A DNA stretch of 63,410 nucleotides, the filler included. It is 13 parts of 13 records of this genome, joined end to end, with 100 filler letters (N's around TTAATTAATTAA, not from the genome) between each part and the next. Parts side by side here need not be neighbours in the genome. Positions count along the whole stretch, not along the records: positions 1 to 4,647 come from SRR15195285_12461; positions 4,748 to 7,864 come from SRR15195285_12472; positions 7,965 to 13,380 come from SRR15195285_12491; 10 more parts are not named here. The stretch is one strand, 5' to 3'. Positions 1-11,931 of the stretch are shown piece by piece. Made by a program: the position numbers and the translations under genes. The notes beneath the pieces were generated by a model, which saw only the letters and a program-made list of their open reading frames with translations, was not told the DNA's origin and searched no databases. Position 1 is the first letter of the stretch. Each line of letters starts with the position of its first letter.

Positions 1-26
1 GCAGCAGCAGCAGCAGCAGCAGCAGC
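1..26 (+). repeat. (GCA)n trinucleotide microsatellite at contig start
   Basis: gcagcagcag... seen directly. Confidence 0.95.
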
Positions 27-251
27 GCGGTGTCCTTTTCAGCGTGTCGAGACCCGTCGAGCTCCTGTCGTGGTGTGCGGAGCGGCTGCTCAACCTGCTT
101 AGCTACGAGAGCCCTGGCGTCCTATAGGAGGCGCCTCGCTCGAGAGCAGCGATGGGACGGTCGTGCGGCTAGGGCCGCCGCTGGGTACTGGTATGGCAGG
201 CGCTGTAGGAGGGGTTTAGAGTATTAACGCGGAGAAACGCGAGGAGCATCG

Positions 252-2267
252 ATGAGCCTCGTCCTCCGCGGGCCGACCGGCGCGACGAAACAATGCAGTC
301 ATGAGCTGACAATTGGCCGGGGAGAGCTCGGTCTACCGAACAGCAACCGAATATCGCGAAAGCATCTCCAGATCCTCAGGGTAGGAGCGGAGGACGGTGG
401 CGGAGCAGCGCTCGGGAGGTGGGAGGCATGGCGGACGGGCTCGAATGCGGTGCGGCTGATGCGTCCTGGCCTTCCGAGCATCGACATCGGAAAGGCCAGC
501 GGCGTTGAGATACGAGCAGGCTACAGACTACACCTGGCGACTATGCCTGGCGCGCCGCCTGACTCCGCGAACACACTCGAGGTGATCACCGAGAATGTGA
601 ACGGTGCCAGCGGCCGCAACGATCGCCAGCGGGATCCACTGTCTTTCGTTCCGCCACGGCGCAAGCGAGCGCGAACGCTATTGGCGGAGCGGCAGGTTGA
701 CGGACTAGGAGGAGTCGCCGATGGCTCTGCGTCCAGAGCTGCTTCGAGTTTGGTCGACCTGACATCGCCTGAGCGTCAGCCTCGGGATGGTCCCAGCGAC
801 GAACAGTCCGGCGAGAGCGATGATGATGTGGTCGTGGTCAGAACTGTCCGGGGATGCCGCGCAGCAGCCGCCTCCGACGGCGATGACGTTGTAGTTGTCG
901 GCGAATCTAGGCACCCTCGGGTCAGCAGTGGGTCAGCAGCGGCATCGCTTATGCGTGTCGCAGCAGCTGGCATCAGCACTGATGCTGCGAGCACCACCCA
1001 GGCGGAAGTTGTAGCAATCAGCGGGGGTTCAGCACCGGCATCGATGGCACCGGCTCGCAGAGGGCTGACGCGGAAGCGTGCGTTTGACTGCCCGATTTGT
1101 ATGGTGGATTGTGAACCAGACGAAGGCTACACACTCGCCTGCACCCACTCCTTCTGTGCAGCTTGCGTCGGGCAGTACACGGCGATCAAGGTGAAGGATG
1201 GAGAAGTTTCACAAAAGCAGCTCGTGTGCCCGTCCGAAGACTGCAAGGCTCCTTTGACAGCCTTTGATGTCGAGGGAGTGCTAACGCATGCAGACAACGG
1301 CGCCGAGCTGTGGTCGAAGTTTGATCAGTTCCGGCTGACGCGATATGTGGAGCAAGAAGAGACCTCGCACCATTGCCCCGGCCCAGGCTGCACTTACATG
1401 TTCTTCGTTACGCCAGCAGATCGCAACCAAAAGCGTTTCGACTGCCCGCAGTGCTCCAGCTCGTTCTGCCTCCGGTGTAAAGAGAAGTGGCACGATGGCC
1501 GCTGTCCTGTGCCTGAAGACGAGTCTATGTCAGAATACATGAAAAACACAACGCTAAAGCAGTGTCCTAGCTGCAAAAACATGGTCGAGAAATCAGAAGG
1601 GTGCAACGCTGTACAATGTCGCTGTGGAATCCAGTTCTGCTTTCTTTGCGGCAAGCAAATTCAGGCAGCCGGTCAAAAGATGTCGGCGGAACTGTGCCAG
1701 GGATGTGACCCTTACGTGATCCAGCATCGCAACCAACCTGTTCTCAGCGCAGCGCAAAGGTATGAGTGTCCGCTGCGCAGTCAAAAGTATCTGGCTCATC
1801 TGCTGATAGTGGAATCGTGCGTGTGTTGTCCACCAGGGAGCAGCGCGACCGGGCACAAGCGTTGCAGGCGCAGATAATGGCAAGAGCCCGGATGCCCCGC
1901 GGGGCCCGCCGCGGGGCCCGCGGGGCCGTTGGTGCCGCTGCGGCTGCCGCTGCTGCTGCTGGGGTATTCGATCCCTTCCGTTCCTTTTCTTGCCGTAACG
2001 TGACCATCTTTAAGTTCGGTTGTCGAGCCTCCTAACACGATTCCAATTGTCGCATGGCAGGTGCCTCTGGCGGAAGATGCGGCTGGTGGTTTGTGGGCAG
2101 CCGCTGCCGCACGGGATTTTCAATTAGCACGCGCACGAGCACATCTATTGGCGGCGCGGGCGCAGGCACAGGCGGCGCAGGCGCAGGCGCAGGCGGCGCA
2201 GGCGCAGGCACAGGCGCAGCTGCATGCTGAGCTCATGGGGTTTGCAGGCCGCCTCGCAAGACGCTGA
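252..2267 (+). CDS. RBR (RING-between-RING) E3 ubiquitin ligase with N-terminal FHA-like domain and SIM-like motifs; 3 exons (252-1759, 1837-1963, 2061-2267)
   Basis: RING1 CPICMVD..CTHSFC..C..CPSEDC; IBR CPGPGC..CPQC..FC..C..WH..C; Rcat CPSC..EKSEGCNAVQCRCG..FCFLC. N-terminal TIGRG..RISRKH is FHA-like. GT-AG introns 1760-1836 and 1964-2060 join three ORFs in frame. C-terminal AQ repeats. Confidence 0.88.
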
Positions 2268-2398
2268 GTGCTCACATGGGGGCCGCAGCGACAGTGGCCA
2301 GGCAATGCTGGTGTCATTATGTAGACGCTGCAATTGGTGTAACTAGTGTAATTGTACACCATGTCTCGAGATCTGCTCCGGAAACATTTGTTGTAACT

Positions 2399-4397
2399 TC
2401 ATAGCATACTGCGCATACTGCGATGATGGCCTGCAGGCTCTGGCGTATCCATTCGGAGCGGTTGGATCATGGTAAACACATCCTTGTCCCACGGGGCAGT
2501 AACCTTGCAGTCGATGCAGGCTCCGCCGTGTGGACAGCCTGATAATGGAACGAAAATCAAAATTAGAATGGTGCAAGTCACTGTCAGCGCGGGTGAAACT
2601 GTGCCGAAAGAAGGGAGGGCTGGATAGTGGTACCAGTGCACGGCCAATGCGCGGACGTAGATGTAATTATGTATCTGGTCAGTCCGACGCCAATGGGAGT
2701 CAAACGGGCATAATCAATATCAACTGCGTTAAGACGGGCTCATTGGTGCAGGGTCCACATGATTGTGCACAGATATGCGTGACCGTACGAGGGGTCCTTG
2801 CTTTTCGGATCGAAGATGAACTTCGGGCGCTCCCGAGTCGCGAGGCTTGCGTGGGTGCCGTCATCGTACGTCACATTGTAGCTGTACGGCTCTACAAGTG
2901 TCATGTTCCAGTGTAGTCCTGGGCGCCACCAGCATCAACGGAGGTGGATCAGATGTGCAATCAGTCCGGTTTGTGTGGACTAGTCGGTAGTGAAGCACGT
3001 CACAAACAGTTATATCGACGCGCAAGGTAGTGCCATCTGATGGTCAAACAATCCACTGCTAGTGTTGGCGGGTCCTCCACAGACCATCTGCGGAGAAGCC
3101 ATGCCCTGAAATGTAGTTCAATTCGGTGGTTGCGAATGGAACGAGGTTGTAGACATGAGCAAGCAAGTGCCAGTGCCCACGAAGGTCCTGATAGATGAAT
3201 CTGACCAAGTTCACCATGCCAGGGTGAAACGGAGCAAGGAGTGTGAGCAAGCCAAACCAGTCAGCGCGCTGCATCAAAAATATCAGGTGTTGGTCTGTGC
3301 CCGATCAGGAGGAATGTTTGGCACGCTTCTGCTCTGACACGCCTAGAATCATTAAAAGCGAAGAGATGGTGCTCACGGATCTTCCCAATGTGCTTGGACC
3401 TTGAGTGGAACAGGGGTCGGGTTGATTGGCAGTGATGTCGTCCACGGTCCAGCAAAGGAAGCAGCCTTGTGCACGCTCCAATCGCACACCAGTAGGACAT
3501 ATGAGCCGTCGTTAGCGACTGCCGGTGCAGGGTTGTTGCACGAAAAAGGCAGGTTGGCTGCTGTCCACGGGCCTGCTGGACCGGGCGCACTAGCACATCG
3601 CACGTGTGAAGATAGGCTGCCGTGGAGGCGGACGTGTTGACACAGTGCGGCATCGAAGCAACTCACCGCTGCAGGATCCCTGGGCTTAGCCGCCGTGTGG
3701 CGAGAGAGTTATTGTCTGCCAGTCGTTGGAATGGCGAAGGTAGTGGACCAGTGCAATTTTTGGCGCTAGCCCCATGCGCGTCGCCGATGTGAAAGAGCCA
3801 CCACGTTCCGTTTGGATCAACAATCGCTTGTGGGTTGGTTGCCGGCGCTGGCAGCGCCGTATCCCTCTTCACATACGGCCCAGTCGCGTTTCGCGAGACT
3901 GCGTGATCGATCTGCATATTTGTCGGCCAGTCTGAGAGCCCACAGTCTTCGGTCATAGAACTTACGAAGAGGTGGTACTCTCCTTCGAAGAAGATAGCGT
4001 TGCCTCCCCACGAGGGTACATGAGGGGACTGGCCGTAGCACCCCAGTTTCGGGCCGGGCAAAGTATCCAAGCGTCCGCATCCAAGTGGGTCGCCAAGGCT
4101 GGTCGACCAGGGTGCGAAGCAATCGCAGCTGCCTGCCCAGCCACCCAGCCACCCAGCCACCCATTACCCAGCCACTCCTCTGAGCTCCAGTTCAATGGCA
4201 CTCAAATCGCTGCTTTGTCTAGAACAGCCTACCGGTAAATTCATGTACACTACGTGTAGTGACCAGTGCACTGGCGCACCTGATTTGCACTGCCCGTTCA
4301 GCGAGCAGTCGGCGTCGGTCTCACACGTGAAGGCAGCAGCTGGGCTTGTTAACAGTAGCAGCAGCGAGCTAACGCTGCCCATCCATCCGATGGCCAT
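2399..4397 (-). CDS. Secreted EGF-like + beta-propeller glycoside hydrolase (GH43-like), multi-exon; exon boundaries approximate
   Basis: Signal peptide, CETDADCSLNGQC..CDCFAPW (EGF-like), then SWGG..YHLFVS, NPQ, CNNPAP, WEDP, GHWHLLAH, ISGHGFSADG, RERPKFIF and FTMIQPL on successive minus-strand ORF pieces separated by GT-AG introns. Confidence 0.72.
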
Positions 4398-4647
4398 CGT
4401 ATCAATCTCACGACACACGAGGCTGCGATGCGTGCCCGCGCGCTGGGTGCCCCGGCGGCGGCGCCGGCCGCCCCCCGCGCGCGGTGTAACGATCGCGCCT
4501 CCGTCCGCGGCGCCGCCCGCGCGAGGCATCATGCAGCAGACGAGGGCGCCGCGCGCGGGGCCGCCGCCGCGCCCGGCGCGCGCGGCGGCGGCCACAACCG
4601 CACAACCCGCACAATTGCAGATCCAGTCACAGTCAAATGTCCCAGTC

Positions 4648-4747
4648 NNNNNNNNNNNNNNNNNNNNNNNNNNNNNNNNNNNNNNNNNNNNTTAATTAAT
4701 TAANNNNNNNNNNNNNNNNNNNNNNNNNNNNNNNNNNNNNNNNNNNN
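4648..4747. other. Artificial contig spacer N44-TTAATTAATTAA-N44 (first of 12)
   Basis: Identical 100-nt spacers with stops in all six frames at 4648, 7865, 13381, 16596, 19743, 24362, 29089, 33415, 38357, 45961, 54798 and 58973. They split the window into 13 unrelated contigs. Confidence 0.99.
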
Positions 4748-7700
4748 AAACGAGGCATTTGCTGCAGTGCTAGCTTGTGAGGTGGCTTGGGAACAAAGTG
4801 ACCACGTCTGTCAAACCGATGCAGATTGCGTTGTCGGCGATATCTGTGAGAACATCATCAATCGATGTGTGCCGAATACAGGTACATGTGCAGATGACAA
4901 ATACGGAATTTTGCGTGAGGTGGCGGAACAAAATCAGATGAATGCAGAAGACCCATGCCTACTGATGAGCAGACACCGAAACCACTACGGTGTCGATTTA
5001 TGTGATGCAAGGATGGGCCCTGACTCGAGAATTGAATTCTTTCCTACGGATACTCAGGAGGACCCAACCATGGGCATCCCCGGCATCGGATTAAATGTGC
5101 GAGGCCGACACATCTGTCCCGCACGCTGTGGTGACTGCGACCTGTGGGAAAGCGAATATGGGGCCAAATGTATCGCCAACAGCGACTGCCCTGAAGACCA
5201 GTTCTGCGCACAATCTTGCTGGACTGGGAATTGTCAAGACAACACATGGAGTGCCGTGTGCCAGCCATGCGACTACTTTATTGAGCCCTGGAACTCACTT
5301 TCCTACAATGACTGGGGTAGTTGTCCCCCGCCGCCACCACCAACGAAAGCTAGCAAATGCCTGGTCTACGATGTATCCGTGACCGAGGGCTGCAGGATCA
5401 CGCCGCACACAGTAGATGAAGACGATTACCCAACCGAGTGTGAATTCAACCCGCCAAATTCCACAGCCCATTCGCAGTGCATTGCGGCAGGGAACGTTGG
5501 CTTTCATTTCGAGTCTTACCGTCTACCGGAGCATCTACAGCATTTTCACATGATTCGAGATACCGAATTATTTTCACGAATCGCAGACGATGAATGGTTC
5601 AGTGACGGCTTATCTCCCGCTTTCGTGGACACTGGCTTCGAGGAAGACCTGTGGTTCGAGAGCGAGTTTGACTTTCTAGCTAAAGCACCAGGTGGTTTTT
5701 CTGATCGAGACTGGTATGTGATGCGGTGGCGAGGCACTTTGTCGGTCACGACCACTGGTGAGTATGGTTTTAAATTGGCTAGTGACGACGGAAGCATGCT
5801 CTTAATCTCAGACGACCGTGAAGCCAGCTGCCAACCAGTTCCCGATCGCCAAATGCTAAATATTAGCAGTGCACCGAACAGCACCCAACTCGGGATGATG
5901 GATCAGGCGTGCCTCCCTTTTAATCCTGTCGAGTTGTCACTTGAGGATGCCGGTTTTGTAGACCTGTCGGCCCTGTATAACGATCAGGAATGCACGTGGA
6001 GCATCACGTGCAGCGACCCAAGCGAAACACCCAAGTTGACTTTCAGCCATTTTGACACCGAGCAGAACTTTGACTTTTTGAGGGTTTATGACGCGTGCGT
6101 GGGCGACTGTGAGTCAGTTTATGAAAACCGACTTGCCGAGTTGCACGGGAACCTGGATCCAGGAGAGATCGTAGGGTCTGGACCCAGTATGACGATTCAG
6201 TACACATCTGACGGAAGTGTAAACAAGGCAGGTTTTTCAGCGTCATTCACATGCTGTACTTCTCCGTTTGTGGCCGCGGTAAACAATGATGGGACGGCGC
6301 ACGAAAAGCGCGAGCGCGAGAGTACAGGTCATCTGGTAGCTGGGACGCTGTACAACATTGTCATCATTCATTATGCCCAAGCTGGTGCCAATTCTGTGGA
6401 GGCGTCGTGGCACCCACCAAATGAGCCTTGGGCTCCTCTAGGAGCTATCTCGGCTGGCACACGCGCTCGAATCAGCAATCCTGCCGGATGTGTGTGCAGG
6501 GTTAGTGCAGGCCTTGGCATGTGCAGTTACGTGGAACCCTATGTGGGAACAGACACATGGGAGGTAGACACTAGCTGCAAGGCTGCAGAAGAGAGCTTGG
6601 CAGCCTGTGTCCCTAATTTTGAGTTGAATTGGCCGGAAGACACAAACAATGATGGTAACCAAGAGTGTGGATGCACAGCTGCCGGGCATACCACGAGCAC
6701 TCATGATCGCAATCGAAAGTGCGTGTACACTCCGGGTGATGATGAGCAAGGACCGAGTTGCACAGGGGAACTAGAGATCTGCGACGAATTTGGATGCAAC
6801 AGAATCGCATGTCAGATGGGCGCAGTGGAATGCGAGTTTGAATGCTGGCCACCACAGGGAGTGTGCCTAAGCTCGAGTCAACAAGATGTGATGTGTGGCG
6901 ATGACGCCTACTGCAACACCGATTGGCAATGCAACTCCTGTGAAGAGACTTGTCAGCGCCGTGTGGTTGCTACCGATATACCCGGCTTCGAGGGAACGTG
7001 CCTTGGTATTTGTGGCTCCGATCATAATGAGAACAAGGGACCATGTGGCACAGAGGAGTCCAGGGGTTGCTGCACTGACTCTGAACGAGTTATCTTCGCT
7101 GAGTTCTATGACGGATCATCAAGTTTAGCCTGCGAATGTGCTATGGAGGTCTGCGAAGAAGAAGCACAGTGCCTAAGTCAATGCCGTAAGTTTCTCACCC
7201 GCTCTGTTTTGTTCTCACAGCCGTCTTAACTGTCATTGCTGCAGGTGAGGAAGGTGGGCCGTGCTACTCTGCGTGCAACGCATGCAACGAACGGGAGATG
7301 ATGTTGGGCGAATACCAAGGATGCCATGAAGAAAATTGGCAAGGGCAGCCTGGAGCATGCCTAGAATTCCTTGAAGGTGTCTGTACCTCTCACCGTACCG
7401 GGCGCCCGCTGTGCATAGAAACGCCAAACGAATGCCCAGACGACTTGCCGTACTGCGACCCAACCGGATGTTCCGAGGGTATGTGCACGTGCATGCGAAC
7501 CCCCAACCCACCGCTCTTCAGTGACGTGATGAATGACCATGGCTCTCAAGATAACGGCCTGCACTGCTCAAGCTCTTGCATTGTCGGCGACTGTGATGAA
7601 TGCTGCGGCTGTGACTGTGGAGCTGAGTGGACCACGTCTGACACTGACACTGCGACAGCAGCTTCGCTTGCGTGCAATCGCAATGCAACCACATCCTGCA

Positions 7701-7864
7701 CGGGAACGCAGCCGGACTTCTTGACGTTCGTCTACGCTGACACTTCCGTCACTCCTAGCTTAACACCGGAGTACCTACAGAGTGTGCTGGTAGGCAGGCA
7801 TACATGCGCTCCGCTGACTTCGACCTATCCTGGCGGTTTAGGCCCTGCAAAGGCAGCAACCACC
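4748..7864 (+). CDS. Large Cys-rich extracellular protein fragment with PA14 and CUB domains (truncated at both contig ends; intron 7186-7244)
   Basis: PA14 motifs YVMRWRGTL..TGEYGFKLASDDGSML and VNNDG..H..YNIVIIHY; CUB motifs ECTWSI..LTFSHFDTEQNFDFLRVYD..IQYTSDGSV..GFSASF. Removing the intron joins the 4767 and 7298 ORFs in frame. Confidence 0.75.
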
Positions 7865-7981
7865 NNNNNNNNNNNNNNNNNNNNNNNNNNNNNNNNNNNN
7901 NNNNNNNNTTAATTAATTAANNNNNNNNNNNNNNNNNNNNNNNNNNNNNNNNNNNNNNNNNNNNTTTTTTACCTTTAGACA

Positions 7982-8440
7982 TTACATCACTCCTTCTGCA
8001 CGTAATTTTTGACGCACGTTTTCTTCTGCGTCAGTAAGAACGTCAGTGTTTCCTGCGCGTACACGCAAGGTAAACGCGAACAATTCAGCGGCTTTAACCG
8101 GACGCTCGACGCCATTAATAATGTTTTCCGTAAATTCAGCGCCTTCCATGATGAGACAGGCCGTTTGAATGTTGACGGGATGAACATAATAAGCAATGAC
8201 GGCAGCAATAAACTCAACAGGAGCAGGAAAGCGAGGGTATCCTACAAAGTCCAGCGTACCATAAACGCAAGCCTCAACGCAGCGACGAGCACGAGAGCGG
8301 TCAGTAGCAATCCAAACTTTGTTACTCGTCAGAAAATCGAAATCATCTTCGGTTAAATCCAAAACGGCAGAAGCCTGAATGAGCTTAATAGAGGCCAAAG
8401 CGGTCTGGAAACGTACGGATTGTTCAGTAACTTGACTCAT
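7982..8440 (-). CDS. D: phiX174 external scaffolding protein D
   Basis: [17 protein letters not shown]...KLRAEGVM, 152 aa. Confidence 0.99.
   Translation of the reverse strand: MSQVTEQSVRFQTALASIKLIQASAVLDLTEDDFDFLTSNKVWIATDRSRARRCVEACVYGTLDFVGYPRFPAPVEFIAAVIAYYVHPVNIQTACLIMEGAEFTENIINGVERPVKAAELFAFTLRVRAGNTDVLTDAEENVRQKLRAEGVM
7987..8262 (-). pseudogene. E: phiX174 lysis protein E with amber stop at codon 7 (am3-type allele)
   Basis: Minus strand reads ATG GTA CGC TGG ACT TTG TAG (TAG at 8244-8242; wild type is Trp). The rest of the E frame is intact to 7987. Confidence 0.95.
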
Positions 8441-8697
8441 GATTTCTTACCTATTAGTGGTTGAACAGCATCGGACTCAGATAGTAATCCACGCTCTTTT
8501 AAAATGTCAACAAGAGAATCTCTACCATGAACAAAATGTGACTCATATCTAAACCAGTCCTTGACGAACGTGCCAAGCATATTAAGCCACTTCTCCTCAT
8601 CCAACGCGTCAGTTTTTGACAGAATCGTTAGTTGATGGCGAAAGGTCGCAAAGTAAGAGCTTCTCGAGCTGCGCAAGGATAGGTCGAATTTTCTCAT
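8437..8697 (-). CDS. C: phiX174 protein C (DNA maturation)
   Basis: [14 protein letters not shown]...LIGKKS, 86 aa from the ATG at 8697. Confidence 0.98.
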   Translation of the reverse strand: MRKFDLSLRSSRSSYFATFRHQLTILSKTDALDEEKWLNMLGTFVKDWFRYESHFVHGRDSLVDILKERGLLSESDAVQPLIGKKS

Positions 8698-8779
8698 TTT
8701 CCGCCAGCAGTCCACTTCGATTTAATTCGTAAACAAGCAGTAGTAATTCCTGCTTTATCAAGATAATTTTTCGACTCAT
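8609..8779 (-). CDS. K: phiX174 protein K
   Basis: ATG AGT CGA AAA ATT (MSRKI) at 8779 to TGA at 8609, 56 aa; absent from the supplied ORF track. Confidence 0.95.
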   Translation of the reverse strand: MSRKIILIKQELLLLVYELNRSGLLAENEKIRPILAQLEKLLLCDLSPSTNDSVKN

Positions 8780-10235
8780 CAGAAATATCCGAAAGTGTTA
8801 ACTTCTGCGTCATGGAAGCGATAAAACTCTGCAGGTTGGATACGCCAATCATTTTTATCGAAGCGCGCATAAATTTGAGCAGATTTGTCGTCACAGGTTG
8901 CGCCGCCAAAACGTCGGCTACAGTAACTTTTCCCAGCCTCAATCTCATCTCTCTTTTTGCGTTCTGCTTCAATATCTGGTTGAACGGCGTCGCGTCGTAA
9001 CCCAGCTTGGTAAGTTGGATTAAGCACTCCGTGGACAGATTTGTCATTGTGAGCATTTTCATCCCGAAGTTGCGGCTCATTCTGATTCTGAACAGCTTCT
9101 TGGGAAGTAGCGACAGCTTGGTTTTTAGTGAGTTGTTCCATTCTTTAGCTCCTAGACCTTTAGCAGCAAGGTCCATATCTGACTTTTTGTTAACGTATTT
9201 AGCCACATAGAAACCAACAGCCATATAACTGGTAGCTTTAAGCGGCTCACCTTTAGCATCAACAGGCCACAACCAACCAGAACGTGAAAAAGCGTCCTGC
9301 GTGTAGCGAACTGCGATGGGCATACTGTAACCATAAGGCCACGTATTTTGCAAGCTATTTAACTGGCGGCGATTGCGTACCCGACGACCAAAATTAGGGT
9401 CAACGCTACCTGTAGGAAGTGTCCGCATAAAGTGCACCGCATGGAAATGAAGACGGCCATTAGCTGTACCATACTCAGGCACACAAAAATACTGATAGCA
9501 GTCGGCGTGTGAATCATTAGCCTTGCGACCCTCGGCAGCAAGAACCATACGACCAATATCACGAAAATAGTCACGCAAAGCATTGGGATTATCATAAAAC
9601 GCCTCTAATCGGTCGTCAGCCAACGTGAGAGTGTCAAAAACGATAAACCAACCATCAGCATGAGCCTGTCGCATTGCATTCATCAAACGCTGAATAGCAA
9701 AGCCTCTACGCGATTTCATAGTGGAGGCCTCCAGCAATCTTGAACACTCATCCTTAATACCTTTCTTTTTGGGGTAATTATACTCATCGCGAATATCCTT
9801 AAGAGGGCGTTCAGCAGCCAGCTTGCGGCAAAACTGCGTAACCGTCTTCTCGTTCTCTAAAAACCATTTTTCGTCCCCTTCGGGGCGGTGGTCTATAGTG
9901 TTATTAATATCAAGTTGGGGGAGCACATTGTAGCATTGTGCCAATTCATCCATTAACTTCTCAGTAACAGATACAAACTCATCACGAACGTCAGAAGCAG
10001 CCTTATGGCCGTCAACATACATATCACCATTATCGAACTCAACGCCCTGCATACGAAAAGACAGAATCTCTTCCAAGAGCTTGATGCGGTTATCCATCTG
10101 CTTATGGAAGCCAAGCATTGGGGATTGAGAAAGAGTAGAAATGCCACAAGCCTCAATAGCAGGTTTAAGAGCCTCGATACGCTCAAAGTCAAAATAATCA
10201 GCGTGACATTCAGAAGGGTAATAAGAACGAACCAT
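8694..10235 (-). CDS. A: phiX174 rolling-circle replication initiator A (A* from the internal ATG at 9719)
   Basis: [11 protein letters not shown] start; HUH motif LHFHAVH; catalytic YVAKY; 513 aa. Confidence 0.99.
   Translation of the reverse strand: MVRSYYPSECHADYFDFERIEALKPAIEACGISTLSQSPMLGFHKQMDNRIKLLEEILSFRMQGVEFDNGDMYVDGHKAASDVRDEFVSVTEKLMDELAQCYNVLPQLDINNTIDHRPEGDEKWFLENEKTVTQFCRKLAAERPLKDIRDEYNYPKKKGIKDECSRLLEASTMKSRRGFAIQRLMNAMRQAHADGWFIVFDTLTLADDRLEAFYDNPNALRDYFRDIGRMVLAAEGRKANDSHADCYQYFCVPEYGTANGRLHFHAVHFMRTLPTGSVDPNFGRRVRNRRQLNSLQNTWPYGYSMPIAVRYTQDAFSRSGWLWPVDAKGEPLKATSYMAVGFYVAKYVNKKSDMDLAAKGLGAKEWNNSLKTKLSLLPKKLFRIRMSRNFGMKMLTMTNLSTECLIQLTKLGYDATPFNQILKQNAKREMRLRLGKVTVADVLAAQPVTTNLLKFMRASIKMIGVSNLQSFIASMTQKLTLSDISDESKNYLDKAGITTACLRIKSKWTAGGK
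8779..9141 (-). CDS. B: phiX174 internal scaffolding protein B
   Basis: [10 protein letters not shown]...VNTFGYF, 120 aa, overprinted on A. Confidence 0.99.
   Translation of the reverse strand: MEQLTKNQAVATSQEAVQNQNEPQLRDENAHNDKSVHGVLNPTYQAGLRRDAVQPDIEAERKKRDEIEAGKSYCSRRFGGATCDDKSAQIYARFDKNDWRIQPAEFYRFHDAEVNTFGYF
9888..9917 (-). promoter_or_regulatory. phiX174 viral-strand origin of replication
   Basis: Minus strand reads CAACTTGATATTAATAACACTATAGACCAC, the 30-nt origin inside gene A. Confidence 0.97.
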
Positions 10236-10260
10236 AAAAAAGCCTCCAAGATTTGGAGGC
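10236..10260 (-). terminator. phiX174 terminator after gene H
   Basis: Hairpin GCCTCCAA-ATC-TTGGAGGC followed by a T-run on the minus strand. Confidence 0.85.
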
Positions 10261-10298
10261 ATGAAAACATACAATTGGGAGGGTGTCAATCCTGACGG

Positions 10299-11285
10299 TT
10301 ATTTCCTAGACAAATTAGAGCCAATACCATCAGCTTTACCGTCTTTCCAGAAATTGTTCCAAGTATCGGCAACAGCTTTATCAATACCATGAAAAATATC
10401 AACCACACCAGAAGCAGCATCAGTGACGACATTAGAAATATCCTTTGCAGTAGCGCCAATATGAGAAGAGCCATACCGCTGATTCTGCGTTTGCTGATGA
10501 ACTAAGTCAACCTCAGCACTAACCTTGCGAGTCATTTCTTTGATTTGGTCATTGGTAAAATACTGACCAGCCGTTTGAGCTTGAGTAAGCATTTGGCGCA
10601 TAATCTCGGAAACCTGCTGTTGCTTGGAAAGATTGGTGTTTTCCATAATAGACGCAACGCGAGCAGTAGACTCCTTCTGTTGATAAGCAAGCATCTCATT
10701 TTGTGCATATACCTGGTCTTTCGTATTCTGGCGTGAAGTCGCCGACTGAATGCCAGCAATCTCTTTTTGAGTCTCATTTTGCATCTCGGCAATCTCTTTC
10801 TGATTGTCCAGTTGCATTTTAGTAAGCTCTTTTTGATTCTCAAATCCGGCGTCAACCATACCAGCAGAGGAAGCATCAGCACCAGCACGCTCCCAAGCAT
10901 TAAGCTCAGGAAATGCAGCAGCAAGATAATCACGAGTATCCTTTCCTTTATCAGCGGCAGACTTGCCACCAAGTCCAACCAAATCAAGCAACTTATCAGA
11001 AACGGCAGAAGTGCCAGCCTGCAACGTACCTTCAAGAAGTCCTTTACCAGCTTTAGCCATAGCACCAGAAACAAAACTAGGGACGGCCTCATCAGGGTTA
11101 GGAACATTAGAGCCTTGAATGGCAGATTTAATACCAGCATCACCCATGCCTACAGTATTGTTATCGGTAGCAAGCACATCACCTTGAATGCCACCGGAGG
11201 CGGCTTTTTGACCGCCTCCAAACAATTTAGACATGGCGCCACCAGCAAGAGCAGAAGCAATACCGCCAGCAATAGCACCAAACAT
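10299..11285 (-). CDS. H: phiX174 DNA pilot protein H
   Basis: [16 protein letters not shown]...GIGSNLSRK, 328 aa. Confidence 0.99.
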   Translation of the reverse strand: MFGAIAGGIASALAGGAMSKLFGGGQKAASGGIQGDVLATDNNTVGMGDAGIKSAIQGSNVPNPDEAVPSFVSGAMAKAGKGLLEGTLQAGTSAVSDKLLDLVGLGGKSAADKGKDTRDYLAAAFPELNAWERAGADASSAGMVDAGFENQKELTKMQLDNQKEIAEMQNETQKEIAGIQSATSRQNTKDQVYAQNEMLAYQQKESTARVASIMENTNLSKQQQVSEIMRQMLTQAQTAGQYFTNDQIKEMTRKVSAEVDLVHQQTQNQRYGSSHIGATAKDISNVVTDAASGVVDIFHGIDKAVADTWNNFWKDGKADGIGSNLSRK

Positions 11286-11293
11286 AAATCACC

Positions 11294-11821
11294 TCACTTA
11301 AGTGGCTGGAGACAAATAATCTCTTTAATAACCTGATTCAGCGAAACCAATCCGCGGCATTTAGTAGCGGTAAAGTTAGACCAAACCATGAAACCAACAT
11401 AAACATTATTGCCCGGCGTACGGGGAAGGACGTCAATAGTCACACAGTCCTTGACGGTATAATAACCACCATCATGGCGACCATCCAAAGGATAAACATC
11501 ATAGGCAGTCGGGAGGGTAGTCGGAACCGAAGAAGACTCAAAGCGAACCAAACAGGCAAAAAATTTAGGGTCGGCATCAAAAGCAATATCAGCACCAACA
11601 GAAACAACCTGATTAGCGGCGTTGACAGATGTATCCATCTGAATGCAATGAAGAAAACCACCATTACCAGCATTAACCGTCAAACTATCAAAATATAACG
11701 TTGACGATGTAGCTTTAGGTGTCTGTAAAACAGGTGCCGAAGAAGCTGGAGTAACAGAAGTGAGAACCAGCTTATCAGAAAAAAAGTTTGAATTATGGCG
11801 AGAAATAAAAGTCTGAAACAT
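11294..11821 (-). CDS. G: phiX174 major spike protein G
   Basis: [12 protein letters not shown]...IICLQPLK, 175 aa from the ATG at 11821. Confidence 0.99.
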
Positions 11822-11931
11822 GATTAAACTCCTAAGCAGAAAACCTACCGCGCTTCGCTTGGTCAACCCCTCAGCGGCAAAAATTAAAATTTTTACCGCT
11901 TCGGCGTTATAACCTCACACTCAATCTTTTA

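Noticed and set aside
1894..1928. GC palindromic repeat CCCCGCGGGGCCCGCCGCGGGGCCC
   Set aside because: Lies in coding exon 2 of the RBR gene (RGARRGARG); explained by low-complexity coding sequence.
4692..4703. Regularly recurring TTAATTAATTAA as a biological repeat or CRISPR-like array
   Set aside because: Always centred in 44+44 Ns; it is an artificial six-frame-stop linker.
7965..7994. 30-nt direct repeat flanking phiX as an att site or LTR of an integrated prophage
   Set aside because: It is phiX's own D/J junction sequence, duplicated by assembly of a circular molecule.
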